From a virus (lineage: Duplodnaviria; Caudoviricetes): a DNA stretch of 60,180 nt. This document shows, one piece after another, positions 32,101 to 42,719 of the stretch. The translations under genes were made by a program, and so were the position numbers. Below the pieces are notes generated by a model. It ran no database searches, was not told the origin of the DNA, and saw only the letters and a list, made by a program, of their open reading frames with translations. The stretch covers positions 1-60,180 of IMG/VR virus record IMGVR_UViG_3300033146_003163. One strand, written 5' to 3'. Within the stretch, counting starts at the first letter, position 1, and each line of letters starts with the position of its first letter.

Positions 32101-35062
32101 AACAGACCCAGCCCCTGTAGAGTTGGACTCATACTTCAATAAGTCTAATGGAAACTCTTATGTTTTCAACGGTACTGATTGGGATTTAATGGCACAAAAA
32201 GGGGCCCAAGGTATCCAAGGAGAAGTAGGACCACAAGGAGACCCAGGCCCTCAAGGAGATCCAGGACCTAAAGGAGACCCCGGACAAGATGGTTCCCCAG
32301 GACCTCAAGGAGAGCCAGGACCTAAAGGGGATACTGGCCCTACCGGTCCTCAAGGCCCTGCTGGTCCGTCCACTCCTTCAGGGGATGAGCATAATGCTTT
32401 AACGGTGGGATCAGATAGCTTACTAATGCTTCTTCCTACTAATATGGGAGGGTCTGGCAACGAAGATAAAGTAGTTAAACTTAATGGAAGTGGCCTGATA
32501 GACCCCTCAATGCTTGACACCTCTTCCTTCTACCCAGTGGCTCCTTGGGATCCTAGTGCAGGTACAGAGTACCCTAGCACTGATGGGGAAACACATGGAG
32601 CCTTCTGGTGGGTTGAAACTTTAACGGGCGGTAACCCCTACACATTCACTACTGGAGACTTAGCAGGAAGAGAGATCTCAATTGGAGACTTCATGGTTTG
32701 GGCAGCTTCAGGCTGGGGGATTATGGCAGGAGAGATGAACCCTCAACTCTACATGAAGATCGCAGACTATGCTAATGGTTCCGGGGCTAGCAATGGCAGT
32801 AAGGTAGACCACGCTATGTACGCTGATGAGGCTCCCGTTGGAGGCCACACATTAATGGCCCACTCAGATGTAACTGCAGGAACCCCCGCAGATAATCAGA
32901 TCTTAAAGTGGGATGCTGATACTAATAAGTGGGTATTGGCTGCTGACAATAACTCAAATGAAGTTATAGTATACGACAATGAAGCTGGCCTCCCCGCTAC
33001 TGGGTCTGAAGGTATCATATACATTACTAGAGACACAGACTTTATCTGGATATGGGATGTAGACACTAGTACTTACAAACAACAAGTGGGCCCTCCTGGT
33101 GCTAAAGGGGATCAAGGAGACCCTGGTCCTCAGGGTGACCCCGGTCCTCAAGGAGATCCCGGTCCTACAGGACCTGGAGGACCTGAAGGCCCCCAAGGAC
33201 CAGAAGGCCCCCAAGGAGAAAAGGGAGATAAAGGAGACCCCGGTCCAATCGGTCCTACAGGACCTGAAGGCCCTAAAGGAGATTCGATAGTTTGGTTAGG
33301 GGAATTCGCTGATCCCCCAACAGACCCAGTTCCTGTAGAACTCGATGCTTATTTTAATACTACTGATGGATGTTCCTATATTTATGACGGTACCGAATGG
33401 GATTTAATGGCCCAGAAAGGAGCCCAAGGTATACAGGGGGACCAGGGTCCCCAAGGAGATCCAGGAGAAAAAGGAGATACCGGTGATCCAGGTGCTCCCG
33501 GTGATCCAGGGCCAATCGGTCCTACAGGACCTGAAGGCCCTAAAGGAGACTCAATCAACTGGTTAGGGGAATTCGCTGACCCACCCACTGATCCAGTTCC
33601 TGTAGAACTCGATGCCTACTTTAATACTACTGACGGATGTTCCTATATACACAATGGGACTGATTGGGATTTAATGGCCCAAAAAGGTGCCAAAGGAGAT
33701 ACAGGAGCCCAGGGGGAGCAAGGTATCCCAGGAGAAGAAGGCTCGCAAGGCCCTCCCGGAGATCCCGGAGATCCCGGTCCTGCTGGTGCCCCAGGAAGTA
33801 GGTGGTACTCTGGAACAGGGGCTCCTGATGCGGGTCTTGGTATAGACCACGATTTCTACTTGGATGATGGAAATGGAGATGTATATGAGAAGGCTTCTGG
33901 TGCTTGGGCTGTTATAGACAATTTGACTGGTCCCCAAGGTATTCAAGGTATTCAAGGTATACAGGGAGAACCTGGTCCTAAAGGAGACACCGGAGAACCT
34001 GGTCCTCAAGGAGAACAGGGTATACAGGGAATACCAGGGGATACTGGACCACAAGGAGCAGAAGGACCCCAAGGTCCTGCCGGTCCTCAAGGAGACTCAA
34101 TTACCTGGTTAGGGGAGTTTGAGACTGCCCCTACAGACCCAGCCCCTGTAGAGCTTGATGCCTATTTTAACACTACCGATGGTAGCTCCTATATACACAA
34201 CGGTACTGATTGGGATATGATGGCACAAAAAGGTGCCACTGGTTCTACTGGCCCCCAAGGAGATCCTGGCCCCCAAGGAGATCCTGGCCCTAAAGGGGAT
34301 ACTGGGGATACTGGTCCTGCTGGTCCTCAAGGAGAACAGGGAATACCGGGAGAAAAGGGAGATCCAGGGGATACTGGCCCACAAGGTCCAGAGGGTCCAC
34401 AAGGACCCCAAGGTATACAGGGTGAAAAGGGAGATCAAGGAGATCCCGGACCTAAAGGGGATACTGGAGATACTGGTCCACAGGGCCCTCCCGGTCCTAC
34501 TGCAGTAAGCGCTGACTCAGGAAACTTAGCTGTTATCAGTGCTACAGACGGCCTAATTTTTGTTCCTTCTTCACACAGCCACACTTTAGCTGGGTTATCT
34601 GATACAAATATTGGAACTCCAACTGCTAACCAGGCTCTGATGTACGATGAAGCTAATGCTAAATGGATAAATAAGTCTTTGCCTACTAGTTCAGACAGAT
34701 TAGTTGCTGCTGACACTGAGGATGGTTCTCCCGGTACTCTATCTGATAAGTTAGAAGGTGGTACTAATGTCGATTTAGCGATGAGTGCTGATGGGTTAAG
34801 GGTTGTTATTAATGCCAATCAACCTGACGTATCTGGGTTTATGGAACAGTCCATGTATGACCCCGATGGGGATGGTAAAGTTCTGGATTCCGTACATGCA
34901 GACGAGGCGAGTACTGCCAGCCATGCTGATGCAGCCGACGTAGCAGTATCTGCAGGCCAGTTGGAAGACGCAGAGAGTACTGGTACTTTTAGGACTATAG
35001 CAGTGGTATCAGCTTTACCCGGTTCTCCTAATTCCAATACTATTTATTTTATAACCTCTTAA
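26165..35062 (+). CDS. Giant collagen-like fibre with interspersed knob modules
   Basis: 2965 aa; Gly-X-Y runs (GPQGPEG, GEKGDTG) separated by 13 copies of a ~46-aa WLGE..LDAYF..DG.SYI..G..WD module and 4 copies of a larger [22 protein letters not shown] module. Confidence 0.9.
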   Translation: MAIPFNESLWAALQAPLDIKTYVGDLTTFPFLKYAAKEDIEMYVRYPNMIVTDLNTGMAYTLEGGITNSYWVEVPDYWNRKIQARVVRSGDQAIVQWYDGTSWHDTPIKISADPDNAATIGSDGGLYVPLSSGGSGKYLSSVDAATLSAVVFAFSDGSDFTEDFMQYFVNQGGPGFEYRPVKLNSSGKIDPSMLDTSIFHLVGAWDPSDPDGPNDDNTGCDPSLGCEYPDVTGQNPGAFWYVDKLDNPDCSTPGGDDCYGFTTGDLINNTVKVGDFMVWGSAGWSIMVGEMNPTLYMKIADYDSGSDAAPLAVDKARNSDKLEGHPASYFEPDLNNPTTDDQVLSSKTDGTRSWVDPQTGPEGPQGPEGPQGDSINWLGELATPPLTPAELDAYYNIPEGQAYIFHGSGWDQLSQKGETGAQGPQGPIGPDGPQGDTGPKGDTGDEGPQGDSINWLGEFSTQPTTPVTLDAYFNTVDGQSYIFNGVDWDKLSQKGDQGIQGEQGIQGIPGEKGDTGDPGPQGDPGQDGDPGPQGDPGPQGPEGPTAVSGDTGNMAVLGSDNLIFVPQFSSPDDNYLNDVDASDLSAVKFAFEDGSDFTEDFKSSFVFDENTPMAPVMLNSAGKIDPALLDTNIFYLVGEWDPSDPDGPSDDNSGCDPSLGCEYPDTTGETPGAFWFVSHLSNPDGTDPVDNRDYYTFTTDGGDLEGKRIKVGDFMVLSVSGWSIMTGYMNPALYMRKSTYDTDNTGVVDDSEQLGGVDAALYALKTDYVARAGDTMTGNLVVGAGVLHASISAKNGNASTSGSSSFILRDNNGNPRGTFYSRNFGYVGIQRQAADQSVAAEISLSDNGNLHSELAITPVDNYDFTPKKFVDEGLALKENSLGNPSNDGYILSSTASGTRSWVPSTSGPPGKGINWLGELAAAPDPAEELDAYFNTTDGQSYIYNGTDWDQMSQKGAKGDTGDTGPQGPQGEQGIQGEKGDPGEKGDTGDPGPKGDTGDTGPQGPEGPQGDSINWLGELAAPPTDPAPVLLDAYFNTTDGCSYIYNGTDWDLMAQKGAQGPQGIQGEQGEKGDTGDPGQDGAPGPQGDPGPQGIQGIPGEKGDTGDTGPEGPQGPEGPSEPSVDADNLITKGSDGLLWVSKTHLHDTQYYRKDLFVTTSTPDSPILLNNNGKIDPSMLDTSIFHLIGDWDPSDPDGPNDDNSECDPTDGCEYPDASAETPGAFWLVSALSNPDGTDPGDNRDYYDFKTVGGALEGERIKVGDFMVLTAAGWSIMSGYMNPALYMLKTDYDSGDGSANPHTVDHAVYADSVASHTHPYLPLAGGIITGDLEVQGVLRTHNIYDDPNGDLVINEKDYSGKKLSGIVFSDTSKPTNPGIWWDSVDERFEIRKAGEAAADPGHVIWNDDNFDPGTKEDSLGDPSTDGFILSSLADGTRSWVSPTSGPPGEDGKSIVWLGEFDDAPTSPNELEAYFNNIDGCSYIWDGGEWDFMARKGAQGVVGPQGIQGEPGPKGDQGDPGPQGIQGEQGPQGDPGPKGDTGSTGPQGDSVNWLGEFDAVPPDPVVLDAYFLIPEGQSYIYNGTDWDLMAQKGAKGDTGSTGPQGEQGPQGDPGPQGIQGIPGEKGDTGDTGPQGPQGPQGEQGLQGDQGPPGPDGPTGPQGPGGPQGASINWLGEFDEYPTSPVTLDAFFHALDGRAYIWDGGEWDYLSDKGAKGDTGSTGPQGDPGPQGIQGEKGDQGDPGPQGIPGEKGDTGDTGPQGPEGPAGPTGPQGDSINWLGELDAEPTTPATLDAYFLIPEGQSYIYNGTDWDQLSQKGAKGDPGAKGDQGDPGPQGIQGEEGPQGPEGPIGPTGGTGPQGASIVWLGEFADPPDSPNTLEAYYDTSDGRAYIWDGAEWDYLSEKGAKGDQGDPGPQGIQGEKGDTGGTGPQGPEGPQGIPGEKGDQGDPGPTGPGGPQGPEGPQGPKGDPGDPINWLGEFDNPPTDPAPVELDSYFNKSNGNSYVFNGTDWDLMAQKGAQGIQGEVGPQGDPGPQGDPGPKGDPGQDGSPGPQGEPGPKGDTGPTGPQGPAGPSTPSGDEHNALTVGSDSLLMLLPTNMGGSGNEDKVVKLNGSGLIDPSMLDTSSFYPVAPWDPSAGTEYPSTDGETHGAFWWVETLTGGNPYTFTTGDLAGREISIGDFMVWAASGWGIMAGEMNPQLYMKIADYANGSGASNGSKVDHAMYADEAPVGGHTLMAHSDVTAGTPADNQILKWDADTNKWVLAADNNSNEVIVYDNEAGLPATGSEGIIYITRDTDFIWIWDVDTSTYKQQVGPPGAKGDQGDPGPQGDPGPQGDPGPTGPGGPEGPQGPEGPQGEKGDKGDPGPIGPTGPEGPKGDSIVWLGEFADPPTDPVPVELDAYFNTTDGCSYIYDGTEWDLMAQKGAQGIQGDQGPQGDPGEKGDTGDPGAPGDPGPIGPTGPEGPKGDSINWLGEFADPPTDPVPVELDAYFNTTDGCSYIHNGTDWDLMAQKGAKGDTGAQGEQGIPGEEGSQGPPGDPGDPGPAGAPGSRWYSGTGAPDAGLGIDHDFYLDDGNGDVYEKASGAWAVIDNLTGPQGIQGIQGIQGEPGPKGDTGEPGPQGEQGIQGIPGDTGPQGAEGPQGPAGPQGDSITWLGEFETAPTDPAPVELDAYFNTTDGSSYIHNGTDWDMMAQKGATGSTGPQGDPGPQGDPGPKGDTGDTGPAGPQGEQGIPGEKGDPGDTGPQGPEGPQGPQGIQGEKGDQGDPGPKGDTGDTGPQGPPGPTAVSADSGNLAVISATDGLIFVPSSHSHTLAGLSDTNIGTPTANQALMYDEANAKWINKSLPTSSDRLVAADTEDGSPGTLSDKLEGGTNVDLAMSADGLRVVINANQPDVSGFMEQSMYDPDGDGKVLDSVHADEASTASHADAADVAVSAGQLEDAESTGTFRTIAVVSALPGSPNSNTIYFITS

Positions 35063-35095
35063 GAGTATTTTAATAACTGAGATTCTTTTATAATA
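35058..35095 (+). promoter_or_regulatory. Phage-specific promoter-like motif (variant)
   Basis: CTTAAGAGTATTTTAATAACTGAGATTCTTTTATAATA. Confidence 0.45.
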
Positions 35096-35111
35096 AAGAC
35101 ACTTTTACAGA

Positions 35112-37373
35112 ATGGCAATTTACGTAGGAACTCAAGAAATCCTGGCTGGTAAGTTAAAGTTGGGAGGCAACGATATACAGGAGGTATATGTGGGGTCACA
35201 GAAAGTGTGGCCACCTGCTCCGCCTGATGTTCATTATGCTACTATTGTTAGTAATGGTAGTATGTATATATCAGTAGTTGATGTTGAGGGTGTATATGTC
35301 ATTGTTAATGATACAGTACGTACAGATGTACCTAATGGAAGTACTCAGCTAACTATCGCTGTTAACGGTACTGCAAAAGTTTATATTCCCGGAAATATAG
35401 TTCCTACCACTACTGATCAAATAGTAGCTTTTTATGAAACTAATAAAGCTCCGAGCATACAATCTCTCACTATTCATAATTTTGGTAATTTAATTTCATT
35501 GTATCAATTAGCAAGAGAATGTGGTAATTTATCTACTATTATAATTGAAGATAAAAGACCAACTATTCAATCTATAACAACAGCTTTTTATGAAACTAAT
35601 ATTTCTGATGTTATAGATATGAATTATGAAGGAGTACTTTATGCACAATCTACTTATGTAGGTACACCTCTTTCATCAAATATTAATCTTGAATTACCAA
35701 ATGCTATTAATCTAAGTTTTATGTTTGATATGTATAGTTCTTCAGCATCATTTGGAGATATTTCAATCATAGCTTTGAAAGCAACAAACTGGTGGAAAAC
35801 ATTTAATGGTATTCCTGCTACACATGCCCATGTTGAAATGGGAGCTGGTGTAGCAGACAGTACAAAAGAGATGTTTAGATATGCTGAAGATCTCGAATGT
35901 ATTACGGGAGTATTAGATACTACACAATGTAGTGATACAAGTTCAATGTTTGCAATGGCTAATAATCTTATAAGCCCTAATGCAGATGAACAAAATGCTA
36001 TTGAAGGTAGAGCGAGGTGGGAAAATGACGCTTGTGATGTACCCCTATATGAGACCATAGCTTTCAGGTTTACCTTAGCAAGTGGGAATAATTCAGATAC
36101 TACTTGTGTGGAGGTTATTGAGGTTAACAATGGTGTGATGATCTATAATGAAGATACTGGAGAACAGTTTTTAGTAAATGGGGATGGGTTATCCTTGGTA
36201 CCCATTGGGGTTTCTGGTAATTTTTCGGTTAGGCTTAAGTCGGGTTCTGATACGAGTGATCGTTCAAGGATAAGATTTCCTGTATTTACAGGACAAAACC
36301 CAGATGCTGAACCCTCAATAGGTAGCTTGGGGATAGAGGATCCAGGTTACTTAAATAAGTTAGATTATTTATTGTATGGGCAAAGGCTATTTACAACTGG
36401 GTTGTCTGGAGCCTTTAATATAAAAGAAGTCATAGATACCTATGCCCACGCTTTTGACGGTACTGCTATTTCTGAGATCCCTTTTAATATCTTTAAACCA
36501 GACCCCGTCCAACGATCAGAGTGCGAATTTATTTATGCTTTTGCTAATACTCCTAACTTACAAGACGTTGACCTTCCTGTCATACACGGGTGGAATCTGA
36601 CAGGTATGTTTTACAATTCGGGAGTTTCTACTGTACTCAATGTGATACCGGATTTGAGAATAGGGGACTATTCAGTTATGAGTGAAATATTTGCAAACTG
36701 TTCTAATCTTGACTCTGTAGAGAACATTGAAGCTGTAAGTGAGTTGGCAGATTCAATGTTTTATGGGTGTACTCAGTTAGTCTGCATAAACGGTCATTTC
36801 GATCTTCTTACTTATGGAAGTAATATGTTTACTAATTGTAACAACTTAGTACGACCCAGTGCTAGTGAAATTCTAGACATCGAAGCAGGGGAAGATGTAG
36901 TTATTAGCTCCTGTAGCCCTCCTACCCCCGAGCCCCTAATTCCTCAGATGACTGGGTATACAACTGGGAATGTTACTGTGAGTGCCTCCAATGAGTATCC
37001 CGATGCAGCTTTAGCAGCTTGGAAGGCTTTTGATAGGGACAATAATACAAGGTGGTCTACCGAGTTCAATGTTACGACAGCCCATTTACAGATCGAGTTT
37101 AGTGATGGGAATAAAGACATTTATACTATTACCGTTAGGGCTTCTGCTTCTGCTGATTGTGGTCCTACTATGATAACTCTACAAGAGTCCAGTGATGGTA
37201 ACACTTGGAGAAGCGTACAACAGTTTACGGGTATGACCTGGACACCCGGCCAATACAGGGAGTTAACTGTTACCCAGCCTACTAGCTACTCTAAGTTTCG
37301 ATTACAGATGCAGGCCCAAGTCTGCGGATCTGCGAACTTGGGACTAGCGGAAGTACAGTTCATAGGGTTTTAG
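35112..37373 (+). CDS. Putative receptor-binding/adhesin: DUF285/BspA-like repeats plus C-terminal F5/8-type C (discoidin) domain
   Basis: Recurrent MF..C..L / A-F..T repeats; VSASNEY..AWKAFDRDNNTRWST..LQIEF..LQESSDGNTW..LAEVQF. Confidence 0.7.
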   Translation: MAIYVGTQEILAGKLKLGGNDIQEVYVGSQKVWPPAPPDVHYATIVSNGSMYISVVDVEGVYVIVNDTVRTDVPNGSTQLTIAVNGTAKVYIPGNIVPTTTDQIVAFYETNKAPSIQSLTIHNFGNLISLYQLARECGNLSTIIIEDKRPTIQSITTAFYETNISDVIDMNYEGVLYAQSTYVGTPLSSNINLELPNAINLSFMFDMYSSSASFGDISIIALKATNWWKTFNGIPATHAHVEMGAGVADSTKEMFRYAEDLECITGVLDTTQCSDTSSMFAMANNLISPNADEQNAIEGRARWENDACDVPLYETIAFRFTLASGNNSDTTCVEVIEVNNGVMIYNEDTGEQFLVNGDGLSLVPIGVSGNFSVRLKSGSDTSDRSRIRFPVFTGQNPDAEPSIGSLGIEDPGYLNKLDYLLYGQRLFTTGLSGAFNIKEVIDTYAHAFDGTAISEIPFNIFKPDPVQRSECEFIYAFANTPNLQDVDLPVIHGWNLTGMFYNSGVSTVLNVIPDLRIGDYSVMSEIFANCSNLDSVENIEAVSELADSMFYGCTQLVCINGHFDLLTYGSNMFTNCNNLVRPSASEILDIEAGEDVVISSCSPPTPEPLIPQMTGYTTGNVTVSASNEYPDAALAAWKAFDRDNNTRWSTEFNVTTAHLQIEFSDGNKDIYTITVRASASADCGPTMITLQESSDGNTWRSVQQFTGMTWTPGQYRELTVTQPTSYSKFRLQMQAQVCGSANLGLAEVQFIGF

Positions 37374-37435
37374 TACTCTTAAGCATACTTAAACTATATA
37401 TTGCAATTACTATGCACTTAAGTATGCTTAGGGAT
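37374..37435 (+). repeat. Dispersed palindromic element, copy B
   Basis: Perfect 13-bp inverted arms TAAGCATACTTAA (37380-37392) / TTAAGTATGCTTA (37418-37430). Confidence 0.95.
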
Positions 37436-37507
37436 GACCTATACTATCTCAAATTACACTCTGGCATATAATATTCATTAAAATTAAAACCTTAAAATCT
37501 TACGCAA

Positions 37508-39034
37508 ATGAAAAGATTAATTTTCTTTAGCCTTGCAGTGCTTATGACACTCGGCTTTTTAACTCAGTCTTGTAAAAAAGACTTGCCTACTATGGGTACA
37601 GAAAAAGGACAGCTCCAGCTCTCCCTTAACCAGACCGATTTTCAAACTGGTCTGAAAGATGTAGGCTTTGACTCTGTACCGGAGTGTAGTGACCTTGGTT
37701 GGTCCTATGCAAAATTTGTTATCAATGGAGACACCATCAAAACTGGGCTTATTACAATGGCCGACGGTACCGTTAATACGGAACCTTTACAATTAGATGT
37801 AGGGGTATATACCGTAACACGTTTTTGGGTATTTAACGACAATGGTACTCCCAATGACGAAAGTGATGACATCCTTATCCGAGCAGCCCCCCTACCTGGT
37901 AGTACGTACTACCCTCTTGTGGCTAATGCCCTCGACATCAGTGTGGAGATACAAGCTTTTAAAAAGGTTAATTACGTTATCGACGTACTATGCTATGAGG
38001 AGCTGTTCTATGAAGAGTTTGGATTCGTATGGTTTACCCTAAATGACGTGGTGGTACATCAGATCTGCGTTTTTGGGGATGTCTGTACAACCGATCCCGA
38101 TTTATATGCCGGGAGCCTTTATGAGGGGCAGCAAAACGGTCTACAGATGGATATGCCGGCAATCTTCGAGGCTCTAATTTACAAGAATGAGGTACTCCAA
38201 TCAACATTTAGCAATGAGGCGTGGCTCGGTGAAGGCGAATGCTTGCCGGTGTACTGGGCAGATGATGTTGACCTCGATGAGGACTTCTATCTGGTTATTA
38301 AAACATTGCTACCGGTAGGAACAGGCTTTGGATATGTTACCACAGATAGTATTGCGATTGATCCGGATGATGGAAGCGGGCTTATGCTTGATGATGGTGT
38401 TCTCGTCTTCGAAGTAGGTGATTGTAATGGGGGGCCCAACGTTTATGGGTGTACAGCTTGGATTAATCTACCCACCACTACTTTCACTTTCACCTTATCA
38501 GGAAATAGCTACATGGTTATCGATGCAGGTACAGGAGATACTACCTGGTACCCGGCATCCCTTGGCACATACTTTAGCTATGACTTCAGCGGAGTACCCA
38601 GTGGCTATGCGGTCCACGATGGGACTTGGGCTGGTTGGTGCGGAGATAAGAATACTGGAATCTCTGGAGGTAATAGTTACACTGCGAAATTTGTAAGTTC
38701 AGTTCAGCCACTTCCCACTGGTTTTTATTTAAGCCAGACACAAGTTAATGAGTTAAACTGGATCTTCAACCATTTGCAGGACTTCTTCCCTGGCTTAGAT
38801 CAAGATGATTGGGTAAGTTGGCAAACTTCACATCCGGGAGAGTTTTACGAACTTCAAACAGCGATCTGGATGATTACGAATGGTATCAGTTCAGGGAGCC
38901 ATACTTTAGCACAATCTATTTACGATGTAGCTATCGCGAATCCCTTGTATAGTCCTCCGATGGATGGTACAGGTATTGTATTTGTTTATATGGGTAATGA
39001 TATACAGCTTCAATTTATACAGCTGCACTGTTAA
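37508..39034 (+). CDS. Bacteroidota-type lipoprotein with C-terminal thioester-domain-like region
   Basis: Signal peptide II ending TQS-C22-KKD; GWC378GD, VNELNWIFN, LQ450TAIW, terminal IQLQF. Confidence 0.7.
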   Translation: MKRLIFFSLAVLMTLGFLTQSCKKDLPTMGTEKGQLQLSLNQTDFQTGLKDVGFDSVPECSDLGWSYAKFVINGDTIKTGLITMADGTVNTEPLQLDVGVYTVTRFWVFNDNGTPNDESDDILIRAAPLPGSTYYPLVANALDISVEIQAFKKVNYVIDVLCYEELFYEEFGFVWFTLNDVVVHQICVFGDVCTTDPDLYAGSLYEGQQNGLQMDMPAIFEALIYKNEVLQSTFSNEAWLGEGECLPVYWADDVDLDEDFYLVIKTLLPVGTGFGYVTTDSIAIDPDDGSGLMLDDGVLVFEVGDCNGGPNVYGCTAWINLPTTTFTFTLSGNSYMVIDAGTGDTTWYPASLGTYFSYDFSGVPSGYAVHDGTWAGWCGDKNTGISGGNSYTAKFVSSVQPLPTGFYLSQTQVNELNWIFNHLQDFFPGLDQDDWVSWQTSHPGEFYELQTAIWMITNGISSGSHTLAQSIYDVAIANPLYSPPMDGTGIVFVYMGNDIQLQFIQLHC

Positions 39035-39049
39035 ACCCTTTTGGTTATC

Positions 39050-39074
39050 GGGGATAGGGGTTAAGCCTATCCCC
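39050..39074 (+). terminator. GC-rich hairpin after the lipoprotein gene
   Basis: GGGGATAGG-GGTTAAG-CCTATCCCC; no clear U-tract. Confidence 0.55.
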
Positions 39075-39115
39075 TGTAATCACAAGTAAGTTTTGACTAT
39101 TAATTAAAATTAGGT

Positions 39116-40159
39116 ATGGGACGTTTATTTGGAAAACTTGGATTTAACTTAGGGTTTGCTGGTAGTTTAGAAGCTCCTGAAACCCCTTTAGAGGGGTACC
39201 CATTAGAGCAGCATCCCGACTGGAGAGTCCTACAAGGTATTTACGATACAAAACTAGGCTGGAGAAAAAGAGGAGAAACGATATTTGTTAGAAACCAGCC
39301 TGTCTCTGGGGTAAAAAATCTAGCTTTTAAATCCTTTTATCTGGAGGACGGTTACATATTGGGTACATACCTATATCAACCAATGTCTGGGGAGACTTGG
39401 ACAATCCCCTTTGCTAAGATGGTAAATGGAAACAACATCATTGGAGCTAGGATATTGGCTAACAAGGTTGAGATAGTACAAAGGAGAAACGGAACATGGG
39501 CGACTAGAGCTTCTACACCTGTCCCAGCAGGCTCATCTCATTGGGTTGTACATATCACTAATGACCATGTCTATGTAGAGATAGATGGAGTACCTGTACT
39601 GGACAGTTCTCACGCTGTACCCGGTCCAGGTTATTTCGGTATTAGTATGCACAAATTTGAGATTGGAGCAGAAACTGATTTCTTAGAGAATTACAAGGTA
39701 TTTGCAGAAGAGCCCATCACATATCGAGGAGAGCTGATAACATATAACCAAAAAATCATAAAAGACATGGCTGAATTATTTAACATATTAGCATATGAAA
39801 AATCTCTCGTAGCTAGCGTAGAGGTTACAGCAGTAGACCCTGACTGGTTACCCATTAACCAGCTTGTAACACAGGAGAAAGAACCGGGGGATTACGAAGT
39901 ACTATTCTCTATGGGTTGGAGTTATGATGTTACCAATAAATCGGGTAAGATCAGGTTTTCACTTGACGGAGGATCTAGCTGGGAGGAGAGATCAGAAGAA
40001 CCGAAAGATAAGACCGACAAAAGGACATCGAGTATTATCCTTCCATTGACCCTTACTACAGCCCAAACCCTGGACATCCAGCTGGAGGCTAACAAGGAGG
40101 GGACGGACCATATCATGACAATTCACCATTCGCTGATCTCCATTCAGCGAGTGAAATAA
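39116..40159 (+). CDS. Hypothetical beta-rich protein, possibly two fused genes
   Basis: Lectin-like N-half; in-frame ATG at 39767 with an A-rich leader starts a second domain. Confidence 0.6.
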   Translation: MGRLFGKLGFNLGFAGSLEAPETPLEGYPLEQHPDWRVLQGIYDTKLGWRKRGETIFVRNQPVSGVKNLAFKSFYLEDGYILGTYLYQPMSGETWTIPFAKMVNGNNIIGARILANKVEIVQRRNGTWATRASTPVPAGSSHWVVHITNDHVYVEIDGVPVLDSSHAVPGPGYFGISMHKFEIGAETDFLENYKVFAEEPITYRGELITYNQKIIKDMAELFNILAYEKSLVASVEVTAVDPDWLPINQLVTQEKEPGDYEVLFSMGWSYDVTNKSGKIRFSLDGGSSWEERSEEPKDKTDKRTSSIILPLTLTTAQTLDIQLEANKEGTDHIMTIHHSLISIQRVK

Positions 40160-40180
40160 ATAATCAAAAACAAAGAAAAC

Positions 40181-40621
40181 ATGGAACAAAGATTGCAAGA
40201 TGTATTAGTACCTAAGGATTCAGTATCCTTTGAGGTACCTTTGAACACAACTTGGAGAAGAGAGTACGGCTCTCTTAACCTTGTATTTGGCATTGAATAT
40301 GAGAATCGTAAAGTAGGTTTACTATTCAAAGCACAACCTCAACCCGATGGTTCTATCACAGGAGAATTCTGGGCAGGTACCATTCCCACTACTGCAGAGG
40401 GAACCTGGGATCTTAAGAAGCTGTCTGACTTAGAGAACTGGAATGGAGTACACACCTTTGAGATTGGTCACGATGATGACGAGGTTTTCGTTATAGAGAA
40501 AAAACACCCAATTTCAATAAGCCACCGTTTCGAAGCCCATGATGTTGGAGAGCCCTTAAGCTTTTTAACACCCGCTTTCAGGTGGAGACCTCGTTGGGAC
40601 GTTAAAGTTAAACTTGTTTAA
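40181..40621 (+). CDS. Hypothetical protein
   Basis: 146-aa ORF, A-rich start. Confidence 0.7.
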   Translation: MEQRLQDVLVPKDSVSFEVPLNTTWRREYGSLNLVFGIEYENRKVGLLFKAQPQPDGSITGEFWAGTIPTTAEGTWDLKKLSDLENWNGVHTFEIGHDDDEVFVIEKKHPISISHRFEAHDVGEPLSFLTPAFRWRPRWDVKVKLV

Positions 40622-40632
40622 AACCCATAACT

Positions 40633-40908
40633 ATGGAATTAGTAGCACAACAGGGCTTAGATAATGCCCAACTTTTGTATCCTGGTAAGTCTTTGATAGC
40701 TCTTACAGATGGAGCAGCCCATGATCCCCAATTAACCCGTCCCACTGTGGCTCGGATTTTTACAACCCAAGCTGGAGTAAAGCTTTCTATTGACCCCGTA
40801 CCGGAAGTCACTAAAGCTTTCACCTTAAACGTGGGAGAGAATATCTGGGGAGTCCCTGGTGGAGCCCAGATCTGCGTATTTGGAGGTGACGCTGAACTGA
40901 TGTACTAG
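40633..40908 (+). CDS. Hypothetical protein
   Basis: 91-aa ORF in operon. Confidence 0.65.
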   Translation: MELVAQQGLDNAQLLYPGKSLIALTDGAAHDPQLTRPTVARIFTTQAGVKLSIDPVPEVTKAFTLNVGENIWGVPGGAQICVFGGDAELMY

Positions 40909-41169
40909 ATGAAAAGGATCTTAGCAGTATTTCTGATAGTAGGGAGTCTCTTAGTAGCCTCCCTACTTATTCAGTGTAACACTCTTCATAATCCTAAGCG
41001 GGAAGTTAAGGAAAGGACTATCTCTGTAGATACTGTCTTTGGTCCTAATGGCCAGATCCTTTACATAAAGAAACATCACTCAAATGAGTTTAAGGAGGAG
41101 GTGTATCTATACTCTATAGTAGGTTTAATGGTAGTCCTTATCGCATTAGTTTTGTACGGAAAAAAATAA
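40909..41169 (+). CDS. Small lipoprotein with C-terminal TM helix (possible unimolecular spanin)
   Basis: MKR-hydrophobic-LIQ-C23; C-terminal VYLYSIVGLMVVLIALVLY-GKK. Confidence 0.45.
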   Translation: MKRILAVFLIVGSLLVASLLIQCNTLHNPKREVKERTISVDTVFGPNGQILYIKKHHSNEFKEEVYLYSIVGLMVVLIALVLYGKK

Positions 41170-41175
41170 TAAAAG

Positions 41176-42615
41176 ATGAATAAAAATCACATTGAATATT
41201 TAGACCCTATAGATTCCTTCCCACAGCAGGAAGCTAGAATACCTCTTGCTAAGCCCGGTAGGTATTTGGGATTTGACACTTGGGTAGCAGATGGCCAAGG
41301 TACAGGGGACATCCCCATTCGAGTAGGCCATTCCAAAAAAGGGGTTTTGGGGATTGTCCCTGCCCAGCCCTTTTCAGATGAAGCCAACACTCTTCAGTAC
41401 ACGGGAACTCTAGTGACTTGTCAAGGTGTAGTACATAACCGCATCATAGATAATATCCTAATAGAGGGGATTCCACTATCCTTTGACAGTAACACTGGAA
41501 CTCAGGATAAGTACTGGTTATTTTATGGAAGGTACTCTTGGGTTCCCACTGCTGGCGGGTCACAGGTAGAGTTCGGGATCTATGAATTTTCTCCGACTAA
41601 CCTAGAGGAGATAGACCTATGGGAATTTATTACTTCTCCCAATATAGAGTTCCCCATAGGATACTTTGTTATTAAACCTAACACAACTGACATCACGGGG
41701 TTAGCTTATTACCCAGCCTTAACCCCTAAATTCGCTTGGTCAGAGGAAGCTTACTTTGATCCCAACTTATATGCTAAGCTGTGGGAATACAATGAGTTCC
41801 ACATGACCAACTACCTACAGCTCCAAGAACTAAACGATGATAATGTTGACACCAGTGCTTGGGAGCTAAGCTTTGATGGGGATAAGGGCAATGTTATCGA
41901 TGTCACTTTAACTAAGCCCCTAACCGCTTTGGTCACTATAAACAGTGGGAATAGAAGAACACAGGGAGTATACTTTTTTAAGTTTTCTAGCTTGGCCCAT
42001 GAGCCTTTAAGGTTGTTTGAAACAGGCAATATCAAAATACCCCCTGGTGCAGAAGAGATGTATTACGGGGCAAGAGTTATGAATGTTTATCATGGCCAAA
42101 CCCTGATAATGCTTAAATCCACGAACATGGTAGGCCAAGAGGTTTGGACAATTTGGAATAAATTTCCAGAGTCTCGTATACGGGGAACCTGGAAAACTCT
42201 AGACCCTAAAGTATTAGAGAACCCATCGTATATCCAGTTTGATTACCTGGAGTATCTTAAAGACCCATTCACTGGACATGTTAAAATCCGGGCTCAGATA
42301 AGGCAAACTAGGCCTAGTGGAATAGTTTCTGGTACTTATAACAATGTGGCTAATGTACCTCTTCCGATTGATTACTCCCCATCGACTTGTCCAACAGACC
42401 CCTCCACTTGTAGGATGGCTGTACAACATGCCATTTGTACTACTGCCTACAAACAATCCATAGCGGGTATACCAGATCCCCCCGGTTTTGAAACTACTAT
42501 GGCTATTGTTTCTGCTGTTCTGGTTATTACCCCCGATAATACTATCGACCTAATTGTACAGGACTTAGAGCCTGGTACTTACCTGTTTTCTGAATTCCAT
42601 CTTTCTAATGGATAA
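41176..42615 (+). CDS. Putative tail/baseplate-attached fibre protein
   Basis: 479 aa, beta-rich; PGRYLGFD N-terminal motif; last gene of the structural block. Confidence 0.5.
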   Translation: MNKNHIEYLDPIDSFPQQEARIPLAKPGRYLGFDTWVADGQGTGDIPIRVGHSKKGVLGIVPAQPFSDEANTLQYTGTLVTCQGVVHNRIIDNILIEGIPLSFDSNTGTQDKYWLFYGRYSWVPTAGGSQVEFGIYEFSPTNLEEIDLWEFITSPNIEFPIGYFVIKPNTTDITGLAYYPALTPKFAWSEEAYFDPNLYAKLWEYNEFHMTNYLQLQELNDDNVDTSAWELSFDGDKGNVIDVTLTKPLTALVTINSGNRRTQGVYFFKFSSLAHEPLRLFETGNIKIPPGAEEMYYGARVMNVYHGQTLIMLKSTNMVGQEVWTIWNKFPESRIRGTWKTLDPKVLENPSYIQFDYLEYLKDPFTGHVKIRAQIRQTRPSGIVSGTYNNVANVPLPIDYSPSTCPTDPSTCRMAVQHAICTTAYKQSIAGIPDPPGFETTMAIVSAVLVITPDNTIDLIVQDLEPGTYLFSEFHLSNG

Positions 42616-42641
42616 GATCCCGTTCCTGTGTTTCTTTTGCT

Positions 42642-42666
42642 GGGCCCCGTTTGGGGCCCTTTTTTT
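42642..42666 (+). terminator. Intrinsic terminator ending the structural operon
   Basis: GGGCCCC-GTTT-GGGGCCC followed by TTTTTTT. Confidence 0.9.
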
Positions 42667-42686
42667 GTTTACAAAAATTAATTCCC

Positions 42687-42719
42687 TTGTAAACCGTATA
42701 ATCTTTTTTATTATATTTG
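42687..42719 (+). promoter_or_regulatory. Bacteroidota housekeeping promoter (-33 TTG / -7 TAnnTTTG)
   Basis: TTG at 42687-42689 and TATATTTG at 42712-42719, 23 nt upstream of ATG 42743. Confidence 0.7.

Noticed and set aside
26165-37373. Diversity-generating retroelement acting on the fibre/adhesin genes
   Set aside because: No reverse transcriptase in the window and no TR/VR pair differing only at adenines; repeats are in-frame protein modules
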